Positions 34,586-46,093 of a stretch of DNA of 64,000 nucleotides are shown here, in pieces (position 1 is the first letter of the stretch; each line of letters starts with the position of its first letter). Below the pieces are notes generated by a model that was not told the DNA's origin, made no database searches, and saw nothing but the letters and a program-made list of their open reading frames with translations. The DNA is taken from NCBI GenBank assembly GCA_025594325.1, contig JANHCV010000001.1, forward strand, positions 3,410,001 to 3,474,000, given 5' to 3'. The position numbers and the translations under genes are program-made. Origin of the DNA: Blastocladiella emersonii ATCC 22665 (lineage: Eukaryota > Fungi > Blastocladiomycota).

Positions 34586-35872
34586 TTACAGCTTGAGGTC
34601 AAAATACTCCACGAACGCGTCGACGATCGCAGCAAGCTCCTGCACGTAGATGCGCGCGGCCTCGGACGGGATCGACTCGTCGGGGACCGCGAACATGGCG
34701 CGCAGCGACCGCGCGAGCTCGGCCATGGCCGCGTACGCCTCCTTGTCGTTGGCCTCGCCGAGCCCGAAGACGACGGGCTGCAGGTCGAGTGCGGATACGT
34801 CCACGGCGCCGGCGCGGTTGAGGCGGACCTTGAGCTTGGCGAGGTCGGCCGTGGTCGCGTGCAGGACGCGCAGCGAGAGGAGCACGTTGGCCGCGTCGCG
34901 GCAGTCGCGCGTGAGCGAGTGCGTGAGGGCGAGGTTCGCGACGGGTCCGTTGATGAGCAGCGCGCGCTTCATGGACACGAGCAGCTTGGCGCCCGTCGGC
35001 TCGGGCAGCGTCACCTCGATGGCCTCGAGCGGGTTGTCGCGCTCGCAGAACCCGTAGTACAGCAGCTCGTCGGCGTTGCTCAGGTCGTTGTACTTCATGA
35101 TCAGCGGCGCGCCCGCCGCGACCGCGCGCGCCGCGTAGAACTCGACGCCGTTGCGCGCCCACCGGTACCGCACGTTCACGTTGGCGGGCAGCGACGAGTG
35201 GTTGAGCAGGTCGCCGAACGGGACCAGCACCGTGGTCGCGCGGTCCGTCGGGATCGGCTTGAAGGCGCGCGACTCGACCATGGCGTACGCCCACCGGAAA
35301 CGCGCGCGAAGCGCGGCGAGGTCGGCTGGTGTCGCGGCTAAGGGAAGCAGGCGCGCGAGGGCCTCGCCCAGCGACTCGCCGTGGGCCGCCGGGTTGGTGA
35401 AGGCGCTGTCGAGCGCGTCGCTGACGCTGCGAGCCGCCGCAAAGGCGGGTAGCGAAGCGAGCGGGCCGAGGATCTCAAAGTCGGCAAAGATGAGCGACTC
35501 GGACGTCTTGGGCAGCGCGCGCACGTAGGGCGCCCATGATGATAAAGGATCGTCGGTCGAGGCCGACTCGGCGAGCGCGCACTCGTAGAGCAGCGTGACA
35601 GTGAGGGCGAGCGAGTCGTTTTCCATCATGTCCGGGAACAACCGCGCGAGCTCGGCCTTGATCTCAGCGGGTAGACGCCCCGAGCATGACAGCAGCAGCG
35701 GGCGCGGGACGTGGAACAGCGTCTCGCCCTCGGCCACGGCGCACTTGGCGGCGAGGCCGAGCCCGGCGTCATCGGTGGCCGTGAGCTCGACGCGACCGAG
35801 ATCACGGGTCCCAGTACGCGCCAGGAACCACTCCTGCAGCGCAGCCGCGGTCTCGGGGACGGTGGCGGTCAT
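34586..35872 (-). CDS. SET-domain lysine methyltransferase (Rubisco LSMT/SETD3-like)
   Basis: GLGLAA, WAPYVRALP, FRWAYAMVESRAF, LVPFGDLLNH, YNDLSNADELLYYGF. Confidence 0.88.
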   Translation of the reverse strand: MTATVPETAAALQEWFLARTGTRDLGRVELTATDDAGLGLAAKCAVAEGETLFHVPRPLLLSCSGRLPAEIKAELARLFPDMMENDSLALTVTLLYECALAESASTDDPLSSWAPYVRALPKTSESLIFADFEILGPLASLPAFAAARSVSDALDSAFTNPAAHGESLGEALARLLPLAATPADLAALRARFRWAYAMVESRAFKPIPTDRATTVLVPFGDLLNHSSLPANVNVRYRWARNGVEFYAARAVAAGAPLIMKYNDLSNADELLYYGFCERDNPLEAIEVTLPEPTGAKLLVSMKRALLINGPVANLALTHSLTRDCRDAANVLLSLRVLHATTADLAKLKVRLNRAGAVDVSALDLQPVVFGLGEANDKEAYAAMAELARSLRAMFAVPDESIPSEAARIYVQELAAIVDAFVEYFDLKL

Positions 35873-36182
35873 GGCGGCGGCGATCGCGCTGCTGCGACCG
35901 CCGGAAGAACGTCAGTGGTCCGCCAGATGCATCAGCTCTCGCAGTCGTTCATGGCAGGCATACATTGCGATGTGGTCGAGTGGGCACGGAGGAGAGAGCC
36001 GAAGTCGGCGGCGGCGGCGGTCACGCTCGGCTCGTGTGATGTTGGTTTTGGTCGCCTCGCGGCTCTTTGCATCGGCCTCGCCCTAGGCCTCCGCCACCGA
36101 CCACGACCCGCTGCCGCGCACGACCACGGATCTGGACCGCGCCGCGAGTTGCCGCAACTCCGTTCTTTTGACCATCTCTGCC

Positions 36183-36785
36183 ATGTACCGCTCGGCCCTC
36201 CGCCGTCTCGCCACGTCGTCGCGCCCCGCCGCCCTGCGCCGCGGCGGCGACCACGGTCACGGCCACTCGGCCGCGCCCATCAACCCCGCCGAGTACACGT
36301 CATCCGACTACACGTCGCCCTTCTGGCGCAACGTGTTCCTCGGCTCCGTCGGCGCCTTTGTCCTGTGGAACGCCAACGAGTACTACGTGGCGACCAAGGA
36401 CCCCGTACGGCGCTTGGACTGCGTGCCCCCAAAAGCGAGGACCCGCTGACCGGGCTTCTTGGGAGCGTTTAGGAGGCCATCCACCCCATCACGGCTTACA
36501 TTTCGTACCACATGACCGAGGAGAAGGAGTGGAAGAAGATCAACTACACGGCCATCAAGGAGATTGAGGCCGGCGCCGCCGACACGCTCATGCTGCAGGA
36601 GCTGCCCGCCGGCCGCAAGGTGGCCCGCGTCGTCGCGCCCATGTGCGTTGCCCTCGCTGCTGCTGCCCGATGACATGCGCGACTGACCCCGTTCACGCGC
36701 GTGTAGGCTGCTCGAGCGCGGCTCGCCGTTCGGCATCTCGGCCGGCACCCAGGCCGACATCTCGGACGTCGTCCTGAAGCGCTAG
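36183..36785 (+). CDS. Mitochondrial complex I accessory subunit, fungal 17.8-kDa-like
   Basis: Presequence-like MYRSALRRLATSSR, His-rich linker, one TM segment, spliced ..IEAGAAD..PMLLERGSPFGISAG; two introns. Confidence 0.65.
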
Positions 36786-37077
36786 ATGCGCCGTTCGTCG
36801 CCGACGCGCTGTCATGTCCTTCTACCCTACCCGACCAACACGCTACCCCCCTCTCCCTGTTCTGTCTTCTTGCGTACACTGTGTCTCTTAACTCCCTGTC
36901 GACCGATCGCACGCGCGCCCCGCGGCGGCCGGCCTCTCGGGGACTCGATCGACACCAACATCAACGTGGAACCCGCTCATCGATACACCGACTCGCTCTC
37001 GAAACGCGTGGCAGTTGGAAGCGGTTTACATTACAGACTACGCCCGGTAACGAGCCAGCCAGCCAGGGCAGAGCGAA

Positions 37078-38041
37078 TTAGAAAGTGCTCCAGTTCCAGT
37101 CGGACGGGACCGACCCGAGCGTCCCAATCCCGTCCTTTCCCGGGTCCGCGGCCGCACCCGGTCCACCGGGTGTCCGTGTACCCGCAGCGATCGCGACGGC
37201 GGCCGTCGGCGCGGCCCCGACCGAAGCCGCGCGCGCGGCGAACTGGGCCGCGAGCTCGGCCTCCTTCGCGGCGCGCTCGCGCTCCAGCATCAGCTTGTGC
37301 TCGCGCAGACGCTCGACCTCGCGGCGCAGGGCAAGCGGGTCGGCGCGGTCGCGGTCAGCCGCGCGCGCACACGACTTGCACACGCGCACCAGGTGGCCGT
37401 GGTCCGAGAACTGCAGCGACTCGTCGACGCGCGCCTGCGTCGGCGTGCACGCGTTGCAGAAGATGTCGCCGCACCTACGCGAGCGTTGCGGTTAGCGCGA
37501 CGGTCAGACGTGAGGGGACGAGCGCGCGCGAAACGCACTTGCGACAGTGGTGTCGGCGCTCCAGCAGCGTGAACGTGACGCCGCAGTCGACGCAGTGGGC
37601 CACGTCGCTGTCGGGGCGCCAGTGTGTCCGTGGTGGCGGCGGGGTCGCAGCGCCGACACCGTGCGCCGTCGGCGCGTTCGGGTTGACGTCGCCGCTGCCG
37701 TTCGCGCCGCCCGCGCCAGCCGCGCCCTGCCGCAGCAGGAACGTCTGCGAGATGCTGCGCATCAGGCGGCGTGCGATGGGACCCGTGCCGTCGGCGGCAG
37801 CGGCCACGGGCGTCGTGGTGCCCGATGCATCGTCATTTGACGGCGGCAGCGTGCCCAGCATCGACGGCAGCTTGAGCGTGCCGAGGTCGCCCGGGCCGGG
37901 ACCGTTCATGTCGGGCGAGTCGGTAGTCGTAGTCGCCGCGGACGGCGCCAGAGTCGGCGAGGCAGTCGGCGAGTTGGGGTCGCGCGGAGCGAGCGTCGGG
38001 TTGGCCGGCCGCTTCTTCCGCAGCAAGCTGTAGACATCCAT
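37078..38041 (-). CDS. PIB2: FYVE-domain protein with Pib2-type C-terminal tail
   Basis: WRPD..CVDC..F..RRHHCRKC | GDIFC..RVCKSC; ends LGSVPSDWNWSTF*. Start could lie further upstream. Confidence 0.75.
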
Positions 38042-38310
38042 GGATGGGGAGAGCGGGTACGGGCATCAGTGGGGGGGGGGGGGGCGGGATGAGCGGAGCA
38101 CTCGCTGATGTGGCGCGGCCGCGAAGCACGAACGAAAGAGCGAGGCGCTCGGATCCGCGCCACGCGACGGCACCTGACGCCGAAAACGACGAGCCGCGCG
38201 AGCTGCTGCCGCGCTCGCTGAGCACTCGAGGGACCGCCACGACGACGGCAGATGCGACCGACACGGAATCGACTTGTCGCAACGTAACTCTACCCTGTAA
38301 ACCTATCATC

Positions 38311-39666
38311 ATGGCGGATAACAACGGCCAGAAGCCCAAGGTCCGCCCATCGCACGTCGGCTGCTGGGTGTTCGCAGGCTGACCGATGGACCGACGATCG
38401 ATTGAACAGCGCGTCTTTGCGCCAAGTGTGCCTCAGCGCCGCGCTCCGCAGAAGGAGAAGGAGAAGAAGGAGAAGGAGGCCAAGTACGGCTGGGTTAGCT
38501 CGGCGGCTCGCATGGCAGATCGAATCCTGACCCTCGCCCGTCGACGTGTAGCTCGCTCCTGGCCGCTGAAGTCAAGGTATGCGCTGCTGCAACCACGCTA
38601 AGCTGTGTTTGCGCTCGCTCATTCTCTCTAACGATGTAGACCGAGGGTGGATCCAGTCGTGGCCGCGGAAGGGGAGCGGCTCGGGGTGCTCGCGGTGCTC
38701 GCGGCGCGGCGTCTGGCCGTGGACGCGGTATGCTCGACCGACACTGCCATCCAACAACGTGACGTCGCTAAACTCGACTCTCCATCGTCGCTGTGTAGGC
38801 CGCGGCGCTGCGCTGGCGCCTAACGCCACCCAGGTCGCCTCGGGTCCCTTCTCCATGGGCCCCTCGCTCCCGACCTCGCGCGCCGGCTTTGGCGGCTCCA
38901 TGGGTCAGTCGATCATGTTGAGCATGCCCACCACCATGAAAACCGAGGACAGCGTGCAGGAGTACCAGGACATGAAGACGACGTTGGGCGACGACGACCG
39001 CGTGCCGCACATGCTTTCGCTCACGGGCGACACCGTCGACTCGACCGGCGTCAAGCTCGAGGCCATGGAGGTGGATCCGCCACGCTTGGGTGCGTCACTG
39101 CTTGCTCGGTCTACGCCGTGTTCGCTCCCTCTAACCCGCTCACGCCCGCCCGCGTAGACGACGCCGTGTTCCGCGACATTGATCGGCTGCACCTGGTCCA
39201 GATGCCGCCCGTGATCCCGGAGCTCGACGAGTGCTCGCTGCCCGTGCTCATCAAGTCGACCGGCAACCCGACCGTCATGGTCCCGCCAGACAGCAAGGAG
39301 GCCACCGAGCCCCAGCCCAAGAACGAGGGCACCGTCCGCACCCCCGTTCAAGAGGGCCAGGTCGGCCGCCTCGTCGTGCGCCAGTCGGGCCGCGTCCAGC
39401 TCGAGATTGGCGAGCACCTCTTTGACGTACGCGCGCTCTTTTTGCCGGTCGTATCGCTGCGAGAATCGCGCTCACACCGTAACGCTGCGCGCATGTAGGT
39501 CGACCTCGCCCCGCCATTCTCGTTCCACCAGCAGGTGGTCGCCATCGACCCGAACATGAACCAGGCGTTTGCCCTCGGCAACATCGGGTCGCAGCTCATC
39601 TGCTCGCCCAACCTCGACACCCTGCTCGCCGAGCGCGAGGCCGAGATCATGGAGATGGGCAAGTGA
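38311..39666 (+). CDS. RPC53: RNA polymerase III subunit RPC4/RPC53
   Basis: N-terminal KPK|RVFAPSVPQRR; C-terminal EGQVGRLVVRQSGRVQLEIG..FD | V..QQVVAID..LGNI..ICSPNLD; several introns. Confidence 0.85.
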
Positions 39667-39745
39667 GCCTCGACGGCTTCACCTCGCGACTCACCCCCTC
39701 GCTCGCACATAAAATAACTTGGTAGCTTTCATTGTAACCTGTCCG

Positions 39746-40430
39746 TCAGAACCGATTTCGAATGAGGAACACGAGCATCGACACGCCGTACAGCGCCTGC
39801 CCGCCGGCCAGCGCCAGCGCGATGGCGTGGATCCACACGTCGATGGAGAGCCTATCCCGTGCGCTTCACGTCAGCATTTAGCAGTCGGACGGAAGGTGAG
39901 CGCGAAGCGTACACGTAGACCTGCCACGCGAGAAAGAAAATGGACAAGAACGGCGTCATGCACAACAGCGCGAGGAACAGCGCCAGCGACGACGCGGACT
40001 CGGTCAGGTTTCCCTTGGCACCTGGAAGTGCGATGACCGTGCGTGAGGGGCGAGGTTTGCGATGTGGAGACTGTACGCGTACCGAAGAAGAAGCGCATCG
40101 TTTCGAGCGGATACACGAGCACCGCGAGCGCCATCTCCAGGCCGAACAGATATGGTGGGTATGGCAGCACGAGGCCTTCGAAGATCGGTCAGCTCGGCAA
40201 CATCCATGGAGCAGGGACAAGGAGACAGTGTACCTTTGTAGATCAAGGAGAGAATGGTCTCGAGGACCACGAGCGGGAGGTAGGTCTCGTTGAGCGAGAT
40301 CAGGATCTGCAGCGGGAGCGACGACGCAGTCTACGGCGGGCCGACCATGGTTGAGACCGGATCCGTGCAAGCTCCACAAGTGTTTCTAGTACCTCGACAG
40401 CGCCGGGCCGCGTTGAGGACTTCGTCCGTC
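39746..40430 (-). CDS. TMEM216: TMEM216/TMEM80-family ciliary transition-zone membrane protein (start codon unresolved)
   Basis: Spliced SSLPLQILISLN..LIYKG..LPYP..LETMRFFFG..KGNLTE..WQVYVLSID; four hydrophobic segments. Confidence 0.75.
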
Positions 40431-40682
40431 CATTCTGCGGTCGCGCGCTTTCTGGAGGCTGAGGGAGCGGAGCGCCGTGTCAGATACGACAAAAGGGTGC
40501 ATCAGTGAAGTTCATTTACATTCGCGTTCATGGAGTCGTTGCTAGCGCGAGAGAGGGAGGGTGGGAAGCGGGCGGAGAGCGGAGAAGGCGCGATCGGCGG
40601 GACGCGTTGCGCCACACTCACTCGCCGCCTTCACCGGACAGCTGACCGGCCCCGGTGCGGACAGGCCAGCCCCGCCGCCTTC

Positions 40683-42496
40683 ATGACCCCGCGCCCCAGC
40701 CGGGTATGTAACGCCTCCTCCACTTTATGCATCATCACGAGCGCCCGCGCCGCTGCCTCCCTCAAAGCGGACATGGCCCCGCCGCTGACCGCCGGCGCTC
40801 CCGCTCTCCACCCGCTTCAGGTTACATGGAACGCTGTCTTTGAAGATCCCATTCAGCTGGCCTGGATCATGTTCTCCACCATCTTCACCGCCGCCGCGAC
40901 CGTCGCGGCCAGCCTCTTCTTCTTCACCAGCAGGTCGAGCGGGACCGCTGCTGGAGGCGACGGTGCGAGCGCCTTTGCGTCGCCCGCGCAGAAGGAGGCG
41001 TTCTCGCGGTTCCGCACCAACTACCTCGCCGTCTACCTGCTCGTCAACGGGAGCGACTGGCTATGCGGGCCGTACCTGTACAGCGTCTACAAGGAGCACG
41101 GGCTCGACCTCGCGTGGATCTCGACGCTCAGCGTCATTGGGTTCATGTCGAGCGCCGTTCTCGTACGTTTGCGCAGGGATTCTCTCCCGCTCCCGCTCCC
41201 TCTCCTGACACTCCACTGTAGGGTTCCTTCGCGGGCAGTCTGAGCGACAAGTGGGGCCGGCGCAAGCTGTGCCTGCTGTACCCGCTCACATTCGCCGCGA
41301 GCTGCCTGTGCATCCAGGTCCCCTCGCTCCCCATTCTCATCCTCGGCCGCGTGTTTGGCGGCATCAGCACGTCGCTGCTGTTCTCCGTGTTCGAGACGTG
41401 GATGACCAGCGAGTTCTTTGCCCGTGGCTTCCCCGCCGCCGCGCTCGGCCCGCTCTTCTCCACGGCCGTCACGCTTAACAGCGTCGTGGCTATCGTCGCC
41501 GGGCTCGCCGCCAACTCGGCCGCCGACGCCCTGGGCACCTCGCGGATCCCGTTCCTCCTCGCCATCGTGCCCGCGGTCGTTGGGTTCGCGATCGTCGCGG
41601 CGACGTGGAGCGAGAACTACGGCGCGGCCGGCGCGGTTTCATCGCCCGCGGCCGGTGTAGCGGCTGAGAAGCCGACTGGTGTGCTCGCGGCCATCAAGAA
41701 CGGTACGCTCGCAATCCGCGCTGACGCGCTCGGATCTCACTGACCCGCACGAAACCTCGCAGATATCTCGATCCTGTACGTCGGCATCATCCAGGCGTGC
41801 TTCGAGGGCGCCATGTACGGTTTCGTGTGTCTCTTTGGCCCGGCGCTCGACCAGTTTGCTTGTACGTGTTCCCGCGATGGCCGTGACCAACACGGAACGC
41901 TCACCTCTGTCGCGCCCGTAGCCGCCATGAAGCTCGAGCTGCCCTTTGGCCTCATCTTTGCCACGTTCATGGTCTTTGTCATGATCGGGTCGACATTGTG
42001 TGGCTCGCTCCAGTCTAGCCGCGAGTCAGTCATGATCCCGTCCATGGCGCTCGCGGCCGCGGCCCTGTTCGCCTCGTCCACGGCCACGGTACGCGTCCCT
42101 CGTCTCTCCACCTTCCTGCGCGCTCCACTCACGCGTTCCCCTATCCCATAGTCCCTGGCCCCAACCTTCCTCGCCTTCTGCTTCTTCGAGATGTCGGTCG
42201 GGCTGTACTTCCCGCTGCTCTTCTCGCTGCGGTCCAAGGTGATCCCCGACGCGATCCGCGGCACCGTCCTCAACGTGTTCCGCATCCCGCTCAACATCCT
42301 GGTCGTCCTCATCCTGACACGCGTCGGCGTCGACCCCGTCGCCCACGTCCTGCGCCTGTGCGGTACGCTGTGCGCCGTGGCCGCCGCCAGCGCCGCGCTC
42401 CTGTACCGCCACGCGCGCGCCGCGCCAATCGGGTACGCGGCGGTCCCGACGGCCGAGGACAAGGCCGAGAGCGAAGGAGAGGAGGACGACGAGTAA
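40683..42496 (+). CDS. MFSD5: MFS transporter, MFSD5/MOT2 molybdate-anion transporter family
   Basis: FRTNYLAVYLL..SDWLCGPYLY, LSDKWGRRKLC, GRVFGGISTSLLFSVFETW, FEGAMY, FEMSVGLYFP, VFRIPLN. Confidence 0.88.
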
Positions 42497-42556
42497 ACTG
42501 CATTCCATTCCGAACAAATACATTTCCTGTACATAACACAGCACCATCGCCAGGCT

Positions 42557-42802
42557 TCAGTCGTCCCAACCAACGTGGTTGGCCGTCGCGCACCCGGGCG
42601 CGCCCTGGTCCTCGGCGCCGCAGCAGTCCCAGAACTTGGCGGCCCAGTTCTTCTCGAGCAGCTGCTTGTACATGGCGTCGTTGAGCTCGAACGCATAGTG
42701 GTCGGGCGGGTGCGGCCGGCACACGAACGCGTCGCGGTGGAACCGGCACCCCGACGGCGACGAGCGGTCGAACTCGTTGTTGCAGCGGCGGCAGAGGGTC
42801 AT
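42557..42802 (-). CDS. 81-aa Cys/His-rich putative zinc-binding microprotein
   Basis: MTLCRRCNNEF..CRFHRD..FWDCCG..PGC..NH; host-like codon usage; divergent from USP39. Confidence 0.65.
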   Translation of the reverse strand: MTLCRRCNNEFDRSSPSGCRFHRDAFVCRPHPPDHYAFELNDAMYKQLLEKNWAAKFWDCCGAEDQGAPGCATANHVGWDD

Positions 42803-42906
42803 GGTTGTGTTGGTCGGTTGGTGGTGGTGACGGTGATGGAGAGCGAGAGAGGGGAGAGAGAGGTCGACGCGACGAAGGCGGGCGCGAACTTCTCCCTCAC
42901 CTGACG

Positions 42907-44716
42907 ATGCAACCGATGAAGAAGATCCGCCTTGACGACGGCGCACATGGAGCTGCCGCTGCGACTTCCGGCAACGGGTCCGGGAGCCCCGCGCGGGAAG
43001 GATCCCGGCGCGACGCGCACGAATCGCGCGAGCCGGGCTCGGCCGACATTGGCGACGACGAGGAGGACGACGGCGCGCTCGGCCTGCGTCGGAAACTCGC
43101 CAAGCGGACAGGCGACGCCAGCTCGTCCGTAGTCGCGCGCGACAACGACCTGTACCTCGACACGATCGACCGCGCGGCGCTCGACTTCGACTTTGAGAAG
43201 GTGTGCAGCGTGAGCCTGACCAACGTCAACGTGTACGCGTGCCTGGTGTGCGGCAAGTACTTCCAGGGCCGCGGCAAGTCGTCGCACGCGTACACGCACT
43301 CGGTGCACGACGACCACCACGTCTTCGTCAACATGCACACGCTGCGCTTCTACATCCTGCCTGACGGGTACGAGGTGCAGAACGCGACGCTCGCTGACGT
43401 CAAGTACGCCATCCACCCGACGTATTCGCGGGAGCAGGTCGCCGCGCTCGACGCAAACGCCGGGACGAGCCTCGACCTCGCCTTCAAGCAGTACATGCCC
43501 GGGTTCGTCGGGCTCAACAACATCAAGGCCAACGACTACGTCAACGTCGTGCTCCAGGCGCTCGCGCGCGTGCGCCCGCTGCGCGACTTCTTCCTGCTGC
43601 ACCCGGACCTCGCCGGGCAGTCGGAGCTCGTGCAGCGGTTCGGGCTCCTGATGCGCAAGCTGTGGAGCACGCGCGCGTTCAAGGGCCAGGTCAGCCCGCA
43701 CGAGTTCCTCCAGGAGGTCAACACGGCGAGCGGGCGCCAGTTCAAGATCACCGAGCAGGGCGACCCGATGCCGCTGCTGTCGTGGCTGCTCAACGCGCTG
43801 CACGCCAACCTGAGCGCCAAGCGCAGCCCGGTCCGCACCTCGCTCGTCTTCGACACGCTGCGCGGGAGCGTCGCCGTCCGCACCCAGACCGTGGTGGCCA
43901 CGACCGAGGACGAGCGCCAGCAGAACGAGCTCAAGCGCCAGCTCGGCGTCTCCGAGGCGTCCCAGTTCGACGACGCACGCGACGTCAAGGACCAGGAGAT
44001 GCCGTACCTCATGCTCGGCCTCGAGCTGCCCCCGCCCCCGCTGTTCCAGGACGAGCAGGAGCGCAACATCATCCCGCAGGTCAGCCTCGCCGAGCTCCTC
44101 GACAAGTACAATGGCCAGACCGTTCGGGTACGTCGGCATCGGCACTTGAAGATGCGGGCGCTGCTAACGCGTCTGTTCGTTTGCTCCGCGTAGCAATACG
44201 GCGACACGGTCAAGATGTACCGCATCAAGACGCTGCCGCAGTACCTGATCCTGAACATCAAGCGGTTCGTTAAGAACAACTGGACCGTCGAGAAGAACCC
44301 GACCATTGTCAACTTTTCGCCGCGCTGCCTCAACATGGCGCCGTGTACGGTCCTCGCGCCCCTCTCTCAACCCCAACGGGACCTCCACTCACTCATACCT
44401 CCCGTCGCGCGCCCGTGTGTAGACGTTGGCCGACCCGAGGGCGAGACGCGGTACACGATGGTGGCCAACATTGTGCACGAGGGCAAGGCTGAGTCGGGGC
44501 AGGGCGCGTACAAGGTGCACGTCCGGCACCGCGCGCTCGGGCAGTGGTACGCGATCCAGGACCTGCTCGTCGAGGAGGTGATGCCGCATATGGTGGCGCT
44601 CGGCGAGACGTATCTCCAGGTACGGATGGTATGAGAGGTGGTCGGCGAGCGGAAGCTAACGTGAATGCGCGCGTGTGTAGATCTGGGAGCGCGTGGACGT
44701 GGCCGGTACCGAGTAG
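42907..44716 (+). CDS. USP39: U4/U6.U5 tri-snRNP protein Sad1/USP39
   Basis: YLDTIDRAALDFDFEKVCSVSLTNVNVYACLVCGKYFQGRG, PGFVGLNNIKANDY, KNPTIVNF, IQDLLVEE; three introns. Confidence 0.95.
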
Positions 44717-44843
44717 CTGACGGAGATTCGAAATACACGGATCGCTGCGGACGCGGGTGATTATAACTACGGTGTCATGTAATGTGTGTGGGGTAGAAAA
44801 TCGCAAACAGGTGGAGGTTGGAGTCGGCAGGTCGCGGAACCAA

Positions 44844-45736
44844 TTAGGCCTGCTGCTCGCGGCTAGCCTTGGCCGTACTACACATCGCGAGGCAAGGGTC
44901 AGTCGACGAACCAACCGAGTGTAGCCCGAGAAACGTACGCAGCGCGGATCTGGGCGTGCTCCGAGTTCTTGACGAGGGTGAGGTCCTCCTGGAGCCACGC
45001 GGGGTAGTTGATGGGGAACCGCGCGGCAAGGTCGCGGTCGCGCTGGAAGGTGCCGGCGGCAAGGTACTTGACGTCGGCGGCCATGGCCTTGGTGCGCTCC
45101 TCGCGCAGCTTGTTGGCCTCGGCCTCCTCGCGCATGCGCACCGTGTACAGCTCGCGAGTGACCTGGTCGTACGCCTGGTCGATGGTCAGGCCCTGCGTCG
45201 CGACGAGGTAGAGCTGGTGCTGGATGACGCTACGCGATGGGTCGAGGGAGCGGTGAGATCATGGCGAGTCGGCAGCGGGGAGCGACGACGTACTCCTCGC
45301 CCGAAACCGACGCGCGCTGGGTGAGCGGGGTAGCGTAGTCGGCAGACACGGCGTCGCCCTCGACGAGGGTCTGGGCGCGGACGAGCTCGAACGGGTGGTC
45401 CCGGAAGAAGCGCTGGCGCAGGCGGTCCTCGGGGTACACGATGGCCTGCGGGCGCAGCTTGGCGGCGGACCGGGTGTGCTTGGCGGCGTTGGACTTGGAC
45501 ACGGGCCGCTTGGAGAAGAGGGTGCGGATCTGCTGCTCGTAGTGGGTGCGCTGGGCCGAGTTGAGCGAGGCCTCGAACGGCTGGGTGCCCTGGGTGCTGG
45601 TGCGGCACACGGCGCGCGGCAGCGGGGCCGTTGGCGGCACCATGCGCATGGCGTTGTGCCACGCCGGCAGCTTCTCGATCAGCCCGCGCTGGAACTGGCG
45701 CGACACGTTCTGGAACACGGGGATCGCCTTTGGCAT
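44844..45736 (-). CDS. RSM25: Mitochondrial small-subunit ribosomal protein mS23 (fungal Rsm25)
   Basis: PAWHNAM..VPP, PQAIVYPEDRLRQRFFRDHPFEL, SGE | SVIQHQLYL..AYDQV..ELY..R. Confidence 0.85.
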
Positions 45737-46093
45737 CGTAGAGGTCTACGAATCGTAGCGTGGGTGCGGCGGGTGTGCGCAACGTCGCGGGCGAGTCAGG
45801 CGAGGGTCCTCGATGGGTATCGGGCGAGCTGGCCGGCCGTGAAGAGTCCCACTCGCGACAGGGAGGGTCCTCTCGGAGCGTTTCCAAGGCCGAGATCACC
45901 TCCCGAGCCGGCCAGCGAGTACATGGAGCGTGCATTGCATAGAGTACTGACCGTGCGATGGGGTTCTCGCCGTCGTCAGCGGTCCTAGGAGTGGCCGGGA
46001 TTCCTGCCCTCAAGCAGCGCAGCGTGTGGCTGCGAGATCGGCGCTCCCGCAGCGCGAGGTCAAAACCAGCAAACGGCGGTCGGATGACATCAA

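Noticed and set aside
38071-38084. 14-G homopolymer upstream of PIB2
   Set aside because: An isolated run whose length is unreliable in assemblies; no supporting structure.
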